DNA of 64,000 bases from an uncultured Planctomycetaceae bacterium (lineage in GTDB: Bacteria; Planctomycetota; Planctomycetia; Isosphaerales; Isosphaeraceae), in the NCBI GenBank assembly GCA_963833985.1, contig CAWIAD010000001.1:1824001-1888000 (forward strand). Reading direction: 5' to 3'. Below are positions 9,957 through 19,664 of this stretch, piece by piece. A program made the translations under genes and the position numbers. The stretch's first letter is position 1; every line of letters begins with the position of its first letter. The notes under the pieces are model-generated. The model was not told the origin of the DNA. It did no database searches and worked only from the letters and a program-made list of their open reading frames with translations.

Positions 9957-11714
9957 ATGACGACGCGGTGGCGGCCCAGGCCGTTTGATTCGGACCGGAT
10001 CGCGTCGCTCTCGCGGGCCGCCGGAATCGCTCCGCTCACCGCCCAGTTGCTCATCAACCGGGGCATCGATGATCCGCAGGCCGCCCGCGCCTTTCTGGAC
10101 GCGAAGCTGGGCCAGCTCAACGACCCCGAGACGCTGCCGGGCGTCATCGACGCGGCCGCGCGCATCGTCCGGGCCATCCAGGATGACCGGCCCATCGTCA
10201 TCTATGGCGATTATGACGTGGACGGCGTTTGCGGCACCAGCGTGCTGTGGGCCTGCCTGCACCTGGCCGGTGCCCGCCGCGTGCACTACTACATTCCCCA
10301 CCGGGTTGAGGAAGGGTACGGCGTCAATGCCGAGGCCCTCCGCAAGCTGGCCCAAGAGCACGCCCGTCCGCTCGTGGTCACCGTCGACTGCGGCATCTCG
10401 GCCGTGGCTGAGGCGAAGCTGGCACGCGAGCTGGGCATCGAGCTGATCCTCACCGATCACCATACCATTGGCCCTGAGCTGCCGACGGCCGACGTGCTGG
10501 TGCACCCGCGGCTACCCGGCAGCGTGTACCCCTGTGCCGACCTCTGCGGCGCGGGCGTGGCGTTCAAGCTCGCCTGGCAGGTTTGCAAGAGCTTCGGCGA
10601 CGGCAAGAAGGCCTCTCCGCACCTGCGCGATTACCTCGTCCGCGCCATGGGCATGGTGGCGCTGGCGACCATCGCCGACGTTGTCCCGTTGCAGGGCGAG
10701 AACCGCATCCTGGTGCGGCACGGCTTGGCGGGCATTGCCGGATCGCCCACCGTCGGCCTGCATGCGCTCATGCAGGTGGCGGGCTGCCTGGAGAAGTCGC
10801 GGCTCACCACGGGGAGCGTCGCCTTCAGCCTGGCGCCGCGGATCAACGCCGCCGGACGCCTGGAGCGCGCCATGAGGGCGGTGGAGATGCTCACGACCGA
10901 GGACGCCGGCCTGGCCAGGACCATCGCCGAGGAGCTGAACCTGGTGAACAGCCGTCGGCAGGAGATCGAGCGTGAGATCGTCGCCGAGGCCCAGGCGATG
11001 ATCCACGATGCGGGCGGACTGAACGAGCGCGGCGCGGTGGTCCTGGGGAAGAAGGGCTGGCACCCGGGCGTCATCGGCATCGTCGCCAGCCGGCTGGTCG
11101 ACTACTACCATCGCCCCACGCTGATCGTGGCGTTCGGCGAGGAGTTCGCCCAGGGCTCGGCGCGTTCGGTCCCCGGCTTCAACCTGTATGACGCCATTCG
11201 CGATTGCTCCGAGGGCCTGATCGGCTTCGGCGGGCACGCGGCCGCCGCCGGCATCAAGCTGACGGAGGCTCACTTCCCGGTCTTCGCCGAGCGGTTCGAG
11301 GCGCGTTGCCGGAGTGCACTGACCCCCGAGCAACTGGAACGCGTGCTGGTGATCGACGCCGAAGTCCCCCTTGCCGTCCTGTCGCGTCCCGTCGTCGAGG
11401 AGATCGGCCGGCTGGAGCCGCACGGCATGGGCAACCCGCGCCCCCTGATGCTGGCCAGCGGGGTGCGCATCCAGGGTGAGCCGCGGCTGGTGGGCGAGCT
11501 CAAGAACCACGTCCAGCTTCGTCTCGCCCAGGGCAATACCCAGGTCAAGGCGATCGGCTGGAACATGGCCGAGAAAGCCAGGGAGCTGGTGCCCGGCGTG
11601 TCTTGCTCGATCGTCTTTTCTCCCTGCATCAACGAATGGAACGGCCGCCGCGACGTCCAGCTTGAGCTCAAGGACCTGCTCATCGAGCCCCCCGCCCCGC
11701 CCCGCGATGCGTGA
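9957..11714 (+). CDS. recJ: Single-stranded-DNA-specific exonuclease RecJ
   Basis: YGDYDVDG, TVDCGI, TDHH, TIADVVPL, APRINAAGR, GSARS, GGHAAAAG, LEPHGMGNP motifs. Confidence 0.97.
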   Translation: MTTRWRPRPFDSDRIASLSRAAGIAPLTAQLLINRGIDDPQAARAFLDAKLGQLNDPETLPGVIDAAARIVRAIQDDRPIVIYGDYDVDGVCGTSVLWACLHLAGARRVHYYIPHRVEEGYGVNAEALRKLAQEHARPLVVTVDCGISAVAEAKLARELGIELILTDHHTIGPELPTADVLVHPRLPGSVYPCADLCGAGVAFKLAWQVCKSFGDGKKASPHLRDYLVRAMGMVALATIADVVPLQGENRILVRHGLAGIAGSPTVGLHALMQVAGCLEKSRLTTGSVAFSLAPRINAAGRLERAMRAVEMLTTEDAGLARTIAEELNLVNSRRQEIEREIVAEAQAMIHDAGGLNERGAVVLGKKGWHPGVIGIVASRLVDYYHRPTLIVAFGEEFAQGSARSVPGFNLYDAIRDCSEGLIGFGGHAAAAGIKLTEAHFPVFAERFEARCRSALTPEQLERVLVIDAEVPLAVLSRPVVEEIGRLEPHGMGNPRPLMLASGVRIQGEPRLVGELKNHVQLRLAQGNTQVKAIGWNMAEKARELVPGVSCSIVFSPCINEWNGRRDVQLELKDLLIEPPAPPRDA

Positions 11715-11730
11715 CATGGTGGTGCCCGTT

Positions 11731-11762
11731 GGAGCGTCGTCGCGGCGCTGGACGCGGACTAC
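11731..11762 (-). repeat. Degenerate GTAG REP-like palindrome
   Basis: GGAGCGTCGTCGCGGCGCTGGACGCGGACTAC, a variant of the 12015-12046 copy. Confidence 0.65.
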
Positions 11763-11768
11763 CCTTAG

Positions 11769-12003
11769 GCCCAATACCGTTGAAATAGCGTTAACGAAAA
11801 GGGGCAAGAGGCTTGCGACAGACTTGTTCCCACGCTCTGCGTGGGAACACCGGTCGGGACGCTCAGCGTTCCATGGATTTCCCAGCCTCGGCACGCGCCC
11901 AATCGACGCGGAGCATTGCAGACGGCATTCCCACGCGGAGCGTGGGAACGAGGGACAAACCTCTGCCTGCACTCAACTTATCGCTATTTCAACGGTATTG
12001 CCC
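11769..12003. mobile_element. Complete 235-bp MITE
   Basis: Perfect 19-bp inverted repeat CAATACCGTTGAAATAGCG near both ends (11772-11790, 11982-12000); TTAG direct repeat on both sides (11765-11768, 12004-12007); internal TTCCCACGC-N3-GCGTGGGAA hairpins; no credible ORF. Confidence 0.85.
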
Positions 12004-12014
12004 TTAGGGCTGAT

Positions 12015-12046
12015 GGTGCGTCGTCGCTGCGCTGGACGCACCCTAC
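12015..12046 (-). repeat. GTAG REP-like palindrome; its TAG is also the stop codon of the 12043-13140 gene
   Basis: Minus strand reads GTAGGGTGCGTCCAGCGCAGCGACGACGCACC. Confidence 0.85.
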
Positions 12047-13140
12047 AACTCGGCGTCGATTTGCTGCACCTGGCCAGTGGTCGTGCTGTCGTAGCCGGGG
12101 AGCTCGCCCAGCGCCTGGCGATAGCTCGTGGAGCGGACGGCGGCGGTGAGGGCCTGGAGGCGGGGGTCGCCGGCGAGCCGCGTGGGGAAGCACAGGTCGT
12201 AGGACTCCTCGCGCACGGGGAAGAACGGAAGGCCCGCCTCCTCGCTCACGAGCCGCAAACAGATGCCGGCGTCGGCCCAGCCGTTGCGAATCGCCTCGGC
12301 CACGCCGCGGTGGTCGGACGCCAGGCGCCGGGGCATCGGCTTGCGGCCCTCCAGCACCTCGTCCAGGCATTGCCGCGCTCCGGAGCCATCCTCACGCCCC
12401 ACCCAGGAGAGATTCGCATGCAGGGCCGCACGGAGCGAACCGATCTTGCGCGCGGGTGCCAGCGCGATCCCTTCCTCCCAGCGGGCCACCCGCAGCAGGC
12501 TGTATCCGCTTCCCAGAGCAGCAAGGACCACACGGCAATGCCCCTCCAGCTCGGTTGATCGGCTGAGATGCACTCCAGCGGCATGGACCAGGCCGCGGCC
12601 CAGAAGGTCGAGGGCGGCACGGCTGGATCGCAGAAGCGGCAGCAAGCGAATGCCCGCCGATTCCGCCAGTGCCCGGGCCAGGAGCCCGACGGCCGGGTCG
12701 CAGGTGGCCAGCACCAGCGTGGGCGGTGCGCTCCCCGTGGCCGTGCCCAGCGGCTCGGGGTCGCTGCCGATGCCGCGGACGTTGCCGCGGAGGACGCCAT
12801 CGTGCGGGATCATCCCCAGCGCCGTGGATTCGGCCGGGTAGAGGCGCTCCACGCCCTCGTCCGCGACCGTCCAGAACCGCGCCGGGTCGCGGCCCGGCGG
12901 CCACGCCCAGACGCGCTGGGTGGGTGCCGCAGGGCGTAGCTGGAACAGGTCCTCGACGCGCCGCTCCAGGGCGGCCGCCAGCGCGAGGGCCGCGGCTGCC
13001 GAGGGGACCAGCCGTTCTATCTCGATGGCGCTGACGCCGGCCCGCGACAGCCCCGCGCGCCGGGCGAGCTCGTCCTGCGACCACCCTCGCCGCATCCGCT
13101 CCTGCCGCACCAGGCTTCTCATCGACAGTGTCTGCGCCAT
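12043..13140 (-). CDS. XRE-type HTH regulator fused to a PBP-like (molybdate-binding-type) domain
   Basis: RMRRGWSQDELARRAGLSRAGVSAIE HTH; SSRAALDLLGRGLVHAAGVH, REDGSGAR and EESYDL PBP-like motifs. Confidence 0.85.
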   Translation of the reverse strand: MAQTLSMRSLVRQERMRRGWSQDELARRAGLSRAGVSAIEIERLVPSAAAALALAAALERRVEDLFQLRPAAPTQRVWAWPPGRDPARFWTVADEGVERLYPAESTALGMIPHDGVLRGNVRGIGSDPEPLGTATGSAPPTLVLATCDPAVGLLARALAESAGIRLLPLLRSSRAALDLLGRGLVHAAGVHLSRSTELEGHCRVVLAALGSGYSLLRVARWEEGIALAPARKIGSLRAALHANLSWVGREDGSGARQCLDEVLEGRKPMPRRLASDHRGVAEAIRNGWADAGICLRLVSEEAGLPFFPVREESYDLCFPTRLAGDPRLQALTAAVRSTSYRQALGELPGYDSTTTGQVQQIDAEL

Positions 13141-13273
13141 GATCGTGTCGCCGGCCTCGGGTCTCCGAGTTTCCAGGGTCCTCACATCCGCAGCATACCG
13201 CGCGGCCGCCCGCGGAGTCCTGGTTGCCCTCCGCCGGCCCACTGGTTATAGTGGCTGCCGACATGATCGTGTC
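13136..13273. promoter_or_regulatory. Two copies of a near-palindromic 14-mer, putative operator
   Basis: GCCATGATCGTGTC (13136-13149, over the regulator ATG) and GACATGATCGTGTC (13260-13273, just after a TATAGT at 13247-13252). Confidence 0.5.
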
Positions 13274-13334
13274 AACAACGGCCAGGATTGTATCAGAACG
13301 ACGCCAGACTTCACCCCCCGAGCCGGTACCGACC

Positions 13335-14386
13335 ATGCGCAAGATTCGACGTACCCGTGGCTTTACCCTCATCGAGTTGCTGGTGGTGATCGCGATCATC
13401 GCGGTGCTGATCTCGCTGCTGTTGCCCGCCGTACAGGCCGCGCGTGAGGCGGCGCGCGGGCCCAGTGCGTGAACAACCTGAAACAGATCGGCCTGGCGAT
13501 GCACAACTACCTGAGCACGACCAATGTGTTTCCGCCGGGGCGCTTCAACACGCATATCGCCGGCCGGGGCAACTGCTGGGGCACGTACGCACAGCTATTA
13601 CCAGAGCTGGATCAGACGCAGATCTTCAACTCGTTCAACTTCAACCTGCCGCCCGACACCGACACGCTGTCCGCCTCCAATTCCACGGGCTTCGAGTCAT
13701 TCCTGACGACGCTGATCTGCCCTTCCGACTCGGATGCCGTGCTGGTCACGGTGGGCGGGGCCCAGTTCGCCACCCATAATTACAATGTGAACACAGGAAA
13801 TACCTATTCCGTGGTGCAGACCCCTGTGCCCCCGCTCTTCGGCGTGCCGAACGGAACGTTCTACGAGAACTCACGGATGAGCCCGGCGTCGATCACCGAC
13901 GGTCTGTCGAACACGGTGCTGGCGACGGAAACGATCCGGTCGACTCCGACGTCGACCTTCGCCAACGATCCGCTGGGGGTGTTCCTGATCACGGGGAACA
14001 ACAGCAGTGTCGCTCCGCCCATCAGCTCTGACGCCGATTACCAGTCGCTCTGCCTCAGCCTGCCCTCCAGTACCACCCAGTTCCAGGCCACGCGGGGCGT
14101 GCGCTGGCATTACGGGGCCCCCGGGCACAGCATGTACAACCACCTGCGACCGCCCAACAACAAGCTTCCGGATTGCCGGGGAGGGTTGCCGCACAGCACC
14201 CGTTCCGATCCGTTCTGGAACTGGCTGTCGCTGAACATCGCCGCGCGCAGCAGGCACCCCGGCGGAGTGAACTCGCTGCTGGCCGACGGCCATGTCCAGT
14301 TCATCAAGGACTCGATCAACGTGGCCACCTGGCAGGCGCTCGGCAGCCGGAACGGGGGCGAGGTGATCTCGGCCGACGCCTACTGA
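13335..14386 (+). CDS. DUF1559 prepilin-type N-terminal cleavage/methylation protein (frameshift near 13458)
   Basis: [34 protein letters not shown], then [21 protein letters not shown] and [17 protein letters not shown]. Confidence 0.93.
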
Positions 14387-14474
14387 ACCGTGTGAGGGGC
14401 CTCGCCGGTGGGCCCGGGCCGCGGGAGACGGACGTGTGCCCGCGTGTGCGTGGCCGGAGGGCCTCCGGCGGCGT

Positions 14475-15464
14475 TCAGCGGCCCTTGCCGAAGGCCATGC
14501 GCGCGCAGCCCGCGGCGCCGATGAAGCCGGCGTCGGCACCGAGCGCGGCGTACTCGATGCGGACCTTGCCCGCCAGCGTGGGAAAAGCCATGGCAGCGAT
14601 GTCGTTGCGGACGTCTTCCAGAAACGACTGGCCCGCGGCGATCATGCCGCCACTATAAAGGATGATATCCGGGTCGATGGTGTGCATGAGGCAAACGGTG
14701 CCCACGGCCAGGTAGCGGGCCGTCTCTCGCATCAGGCGAGCGGCCAGGCGGTCACCGGCGACGGCGGCCTGGTCGACGGCGCGGCTGGTGAGCTGGTCGG
14801 CCGGGATGGTGCGCAGCTGGCTGGGGGAGGGATCGTGCTCCAGGGCCTCGATCGCCCGCTTCACCAGGGCGGTGGCCGAGGCATAGGCTTCCAGGTGGCC
14901 GTAGGCCCCGCAGGAGCACTGGCGGGCGTTCTGCATCTGGATGATGATGTGGCCGCACTCGGCCCCGTGACTGTGGCGGCCCTCGATGATGCGGCCCTCC
15001 TCGACGATCCCGCAGCCGATGCCGGTTCCCAGCGTGAACAGCACCAGGCTGCGCGTGTTTCGCCCGGCGCCGGCCCAGTACTCGCCGTAGGCCGCGGCGT
15101 TGGCGTCGTTCTGAAGGACGGTCTGCTTTTTCAGTTCCTTCGCCAGCAGGTCGCGTATCGGCAGGTGGTTCCAGCCCGGCAGGTTGGGCGGCTCCAGCAG
15201 CATGCCGCTGGGCAGGTCCATCGTGCCGGGCGAACCCAGCCCGACTCCCGTGATGTCGTCCCACGAGACGCCGCTGGCCGCCACCGCCCGGCGCCCTGCT
15301 TCGGCCAGGTTGGCGATACCGACCTCCGGTCCCCGCTCGGCCTCGGTCTCCTGGCTCACGGAGCTGAGCGGCTGGCCCACGTCGTCGACCACGCCACTCT
15401 TGATGTTCGTTCCACCGAGGTCGATGCCAAGGTAGAAAGGTGGCTGTCGGTCACGGGCAGTCAT
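14475..15464 (-). CDS. ROK-family sugar kinase (glucokinase-like)
   Basis: GIDLGGTNIK, NDANAAAYGE, TLGTGIGCG, GAECGH, CSCGAYGHLEAYAS. Confidence 0.93.
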   Translation of the reverse strand: MTARDRQPPFYLGIDLGGTNIKSGVVDDVGQPLSSVSQETEAERGPEVGIANLAEAGRRAVAASGVSWDDITGVGLGSPGTMDLPSGMLLEPPNLPGWNHLPIRDLLAKELKKQTVLQNDANAAAYGEYWAGAGRNTRSLVLFTLGTGIGCGIVEEGRIIEGRHSHGAECGHIIIQMQNARQCSCGAYGHLEAYASATALVKRAIEALEHDPSPSQLRTIPADQLTSRAVDQAAVAGDRLAARLMRETARYLAVGTVCLMHTIDPDIILYSGGMIAAGQSFLEDVRNDIAAMAFPTLAGKVRIEYAALGADAGFIGAAGCARMAFGKGR

Positions 15465-15709
15465 GGCGCGGTCACCTCAACGATTCGGAGCGTTTCTGCG
15501 AGGTCATTACCTCTTGCGGAAGCTTCACCAATTTACGGCGCATGCAAGCCGAGGTCAATTCACTGATCGGAGTTATGTCATCTCGGCGGGGCGCGGATCA
15601 CGGTTTTGAGGCCGCTTCAAATCCTGTTCTAGGCTTTCTCGGATTCGTGACCCGGAGCCGGTCAAGCGGAGCACCCGACTGGCTCTCAGATCCCCAAGGA
15701 CAATTCCCG

Positions 15710-16354
15710 ATGGCCCGCCACCGTTTCGACCGGAGACGCCGCATTGTGCCCGGAGTCGAGTCGCTCGAGGGACGCACGCTGCTTTCCAGCGCTCCCCGAG
15801 CCATCCTCACCGGCCGGGCGGCCGAGCTTTCCACGAGCCACTCGCGCGGCCTGCCGGCACCCACGGCCGCACGCTGGGCCTGGCTGGCGAATACCTACTG
15901 GTATGTTCCGACTCCGAATCTGCCCGCGACGATTTACAATACCGGCACGGGCACGCTCGTTCCCGTGCTTGACCAGACCGTCTACCACATCACCGGGTAT
16001 CGTTCCGGATACTTCTGGGGCCAGACCGTGACCCAGTTCGGCACGGCTGCGCCGACGAGCTCCGCCCTGGTCGGCTCGGTGACTCCGCAGGGCCGCGTGC
16101 TGCTCATGTTCACGTCGTCGGCAAGCAGCGTTGAAGGCTATGGCGTGATGATCCGGCCGCACGGTCAGTGGACGATGGAGAACCAGATGTTCTCCTCCAC
16201 CTCCTCCGGGACACAGGTCGGCCACTGGGCCTGCATGGCTCAAACCAGGCCGGGACAGAGTAGCTGGAGGGCCCTGCCCGGGGTGGGAGTCTCCGTGCCC
16301 CAGTTCCTGAGCGCGTATTCCGCACCGGTCCCCACGCCGGTCTCTACGCCCTGA
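15710..16354 (+). CDS. Secreted hypothetical protein with planctomycete LEPR-XLL-type signal
   Basis: RRRIVPGVESLEGRTLLS motif followed by a beta-rich domain. Confidence 0.7.
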   Translation: MARHRFDRRRRIVPGVESLEGRTLLSSAPRAILTGRAAELSTSHSRGLPAPTAARWAWLANTYWYVPTPNLPATIYNTGTGTLVPVLDQTVYHITGYRSGYFWGQTVTQFGTAAPTSSALVGSVTPQGRVLLMFTSSASSVEGYGVMIRPHGQWTMENQMFSSTSSGTQVGHWACMAQTRPGQSSWRALPGVGVSVPQFLSAYSAPVPTPVSTP

Positions 16355-16397
16355 GCCACGAGCGCCTCAAGCCACGAAAGGCCTGAGCCACGAAAGG
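16350..16397. repeat. Three imperfect 15-17-bp tandem units (CCTGAGCCACGAAAGG-like)
   Basis: Read directly across the stop codon of the 15710-16354 gene. Confidence 0.65.
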
Positions 16398-16520
16398 CGC
16401 GGCGGGGCGGCTTTTGCGGCGCATGGCCTTCCGGCAGCCGGCTTCCGCGTATAATGAGGAATCGGCTCCCGGCGGGCTCCGGGGCTCTGGCTCATCTGGC
16501 TGGCTGCAAGAGGTCCGGCT

Positions 16521-17489
16521 GTGTCTGAACCAACACCCGGTTTGTCGTCGCGCAGAACGCTGCTGAGGATGGCCGTCTCCACGATCCCGAGCCTTGCGGC
16601 CGGTTCCGTCTTCGCGGCGCAGGCGCCCGGGTCGAAGCGGGACGACGACGCACTGCACGAGGTCTCCGCGGTGGAAGCACAGGCCAGGGCCGCTGGGCTT
16701 GGCCCGTTGCGGCACGCCAGGAGCCGGCACTTTCTCTCGGTGGGAGACGCCCCGGACGGCTATCAGCGAGACGCCCTGGCCATCTGCGAGTCGCTCGGCG
16801 AGGCCTTTCTGGCTCATTTCCGGGGCCGCGGCTTCACGCTGGACTACCCGGAACGCCCGCTCACCATGATCGTGCTCAAGGATCGTCTCTCGTACGCGGC
16901 TTTCCAGGGGAAGGAGCCCGGCAAGTTCGAGGGCGGTCACTTTGATCTGGACACCAACCGGCTCGTGGTCTTCGATTTCCGCAGCCAGCGTGACGAGATC
17001 GGCGAGTCCGCCGAGCGCGTAAATATGTTCACGTTGGTGCATGAGACAGCCCACCAGTTGAGCTTCAACTGCGGGATGCTGAGCCGCGCCGCGCAGCCGC
17101 CGGTGTCGATCTCGGAGGGCCTTGCCACCTACGTGGAGCTCTGGCGGCCGAAGGCGAAGAGTGCCATCGGCGCCGTCAATCGGGCCAGGCTGGAGGCGCT
17201 GCGCGAGGCAACGGACTGGATCTCCGTGGGCGATCTGCTCGCCGACGATCGCGCGTTCGAGGCTCGAACCGAGCAGCTCGCCTATGCGGAAAGCTGGGTG
17301 CTCGTGCACTCTCTGCTGGGCGCGCGCGGGCGGCAGGCACGCTTCAGGGAGTACCTGCAAGCGCTCCGGGGTGCGCGGCAGCCTGGCGACCGCATCCCGA
17401 TCGCGGAGAAGACGCTCGGGGCTCTCACCAGGATGGATCGCGACCTGAAAGACGACGTCCGGAAGTACCTGAGGCTGCTGAGCGGATAG
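16521..17489 (+). CDS. DUF1570 (zincin-like HExxH) protein with Tat-like signal
   Basis: SRRTLL signal; TLVHETAHQLSFNCG, SEGLATYVE, AYAESWVLVHSL. Confidence 0.85.
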   Translation: MSEPTPGLSSRRTLLRMAVSTIPSLAAGSVFAAQAPGSKRDDDALHEVSAVEAQARAAGLGPLRHARSRHFLSVGDAPDGYQRDALAICESLGEAFLAHFRGRGFTLDYPERPLTMIVLKDRLSYAAFQGKEPGKFEGGHFDLDTNRLVVFDFRSQRDEIGESAERVNMFTLVHETAHQLSFNCGMLSRAAQPPVSISEGLATYVELWRPKAKSAIGAVNRARLEALREATDWISVGDLLADDRAFEARTEQLAYAESWVLVHSLLGARGRQARFREYLQALRGARQPGDRIPIAEKTLGALTRMDRDLKDDVRKYLRLLSG

Positions 17490-17537
17490 ACGGGCCCTGG
17501 AGACTGGCTTTGAGTTCCGCGGCCGCCGGCGCGGCGC

Positions 17538-19485
17538 TCAGCCCAGCACCGGGTTCAGCCCCATGTTGCGGCGCATCTCGGCGCGCTGCTTCTCATAGTG
17601 CATGAGCAGCTTGCGGTCCTTGAAGTGCTGCCGCTCTTTCTTTCGCTGCGCCGCGACGAAAAGCCGGCGCATGCGCAGGCTGGTGAGCTCGCCGCGGCCG
17701 GCGTAGCGCTTGCGGATGCGGGCGGCGGGTTTTTCGCCGAACGCCTCGATGATCTCGTCCTCGAGCGAGATGAAGAACTGGGCGAACCCGGGGTCGCCCT
17801 GGCGGGCACAGCGTCCGGAGAGCTGGCGGTCGATGCGCCGCGATTCGTGACGCTCGGTGCCAATCACGTGCAGGCCGCCGAGTGCCGCCACGCCTTCGCC
17901 CAGCTTGATGTCGGTACCGCGGCCGGCCATGTTCGTGGCGACCGTGACCTTGCCCTGCTGTCCGGCCTGAGACACGATCTGGGCCTCGATCTCGTGGTTC
18001 TTGGCGTTGAGGATCTGGTGCTCGATGCCACCCTCGCCGAGCAGGCGGCTCAGCTTCTCGGATTTTTCGATGGAGCGGGTGCCGACGAGCACCGGTACGC
18101 CCCGCTTGTTCCACTCGATGATCTGGTCGGCGACGGCCCGGAATTTTTCTTCCTCGGTGGAGAAGATCCGATCCGGCAGCCAGACCCGGCGGCACGGTCG
18201 GTTGGTGGGAATCTTCATCACGCCGACCTTGTAAATCCGCCGCAGCTCGGGGGCGTCGGAGGTGGCCGTACCGGTCATTCCGGCCAGCTTCTGGTAACGC
18301 TTGAAGAAGTCCTGGACCGTCACCCGGGCCGCGGTGATGGTCTCGAGGGTGATCTCCAGCTTCTCCTTCGCCTGGATCGCCTGGTGCAGGCCGTCCTGCC
18401 ACTGCCGGCCCGGCATCATGCGGCCGGTGAATTCGTCGACGATGACGATCTCACCCTCGTGCACCACGTAGTCGCGGTCGCGCAGGTACGCAATCTGGGC
18501 GCGCAGGGAGCGCTCGACATACTCGTAGAGCCCGTCCACCGTCAGGGTGACGAAGGCCGGGTGAGCGCCGCGGGCCTGAACCTTGCGCCGGCCGACCGCG
18601 GTCAGCTCCGCCTTGCGCTCCAGCGGGTCGTACTTGTAATCCTTCACGCGGACCAGGGTGGCGGCAAGCTGGTCCGCCCCGAAGTACGCCGCCGCCTCTT
18701 CCTGCGTGGGCTGGTTATTGGCGCCGATGATGAGCGGGGTTCGGGCCTCGTCGATGAGGATGCTGTCGGCCTCGTCCACCACAGCGTAGTAGTGCGTACG
18801 CTGAACCGGCAGCTCGCCCTGCGCATGGTTCCCGCTGCCCAGGAAGACCTGCTCGAAGGACTTGCGGTGCGTATCGCCAAGCTGGAGCCGCTTCAGCTCG
18901 TCACGCAGGAAGTCGAAGCCGAACTCCTTGCTGGTGCCGTAGGTGATGTCGCTGGCATAGGCTTCCCGGCGCGAGGAGTCCGACTGGCCGGTCTGGATAC
19001 AGCCGACCGTCATCCCCAGCCGGTTGTAGATCGGAGTCATCCACTCGGCGTCGCGGCGGGCCAGGTAATCGTTCACGGTGACCACGTGGACACCCTTACC
19101 GGGCAACGCATTCAAGAAGGTGGGCATGGTGCCGACCAGCGTCTTGCCTTCACCGGTCTCGAGCTCGGAGATGCACTGATTGTGGATGGCGATCCCGCCC
19201 AGGACCTGTACATCGAAATGGCGCTGGCCGATCGACCGCTTGGCGGACTCGCGCACCAGCGCGAAGGCCTCGACCAGCAAAGAGTTCAGTGAATCGCCCT
19301 GCCGCGCGCAGCCGCAGGTCGTGCGATCGCTGCTTCAGCTCATCGTCCGTCAGCGCCTCGATTTCTGGCTCCAGCGCATTGATGCGTGGAACCAGCAAGG
19401 CAAACCGGCTGAAGCGGCCGGTATTCGTGGGCCCGCTCAGTTGTGAGACCCGGTTCATCCACATCAGACCAAGGCGGTTGGACAT
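17538..19485 (-). CDS. secA: Short SecA-family translocase ATPase (frameshift near 19300)
   Basis: TGEGKT, VTVNDYLARRD, VDEADSILIDEARTPLII, GMTGTA, ATNMAGRGTDI, RRIDRQLSGR; about 650 aa after repair. N-terminus lies in ORF 19150-19530. Confidence 0.9.
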
Positions 19486-19664
19486 GGTGCACGAACTCCT
19501 CTTCTCCCGGCAGCGACCGGCACCTGGCAATGACTGACTCTTCGAGCCGCCTGCGCCGATGAGCGGGCTCGACGGCCGACCTCACCGGACATTTAACCTA
19601 ACAGGACATCCAATCGAGCGGATGTCCCGAGCTTGAACCGATTCGCGCAAGGCCCGCACCGGGA

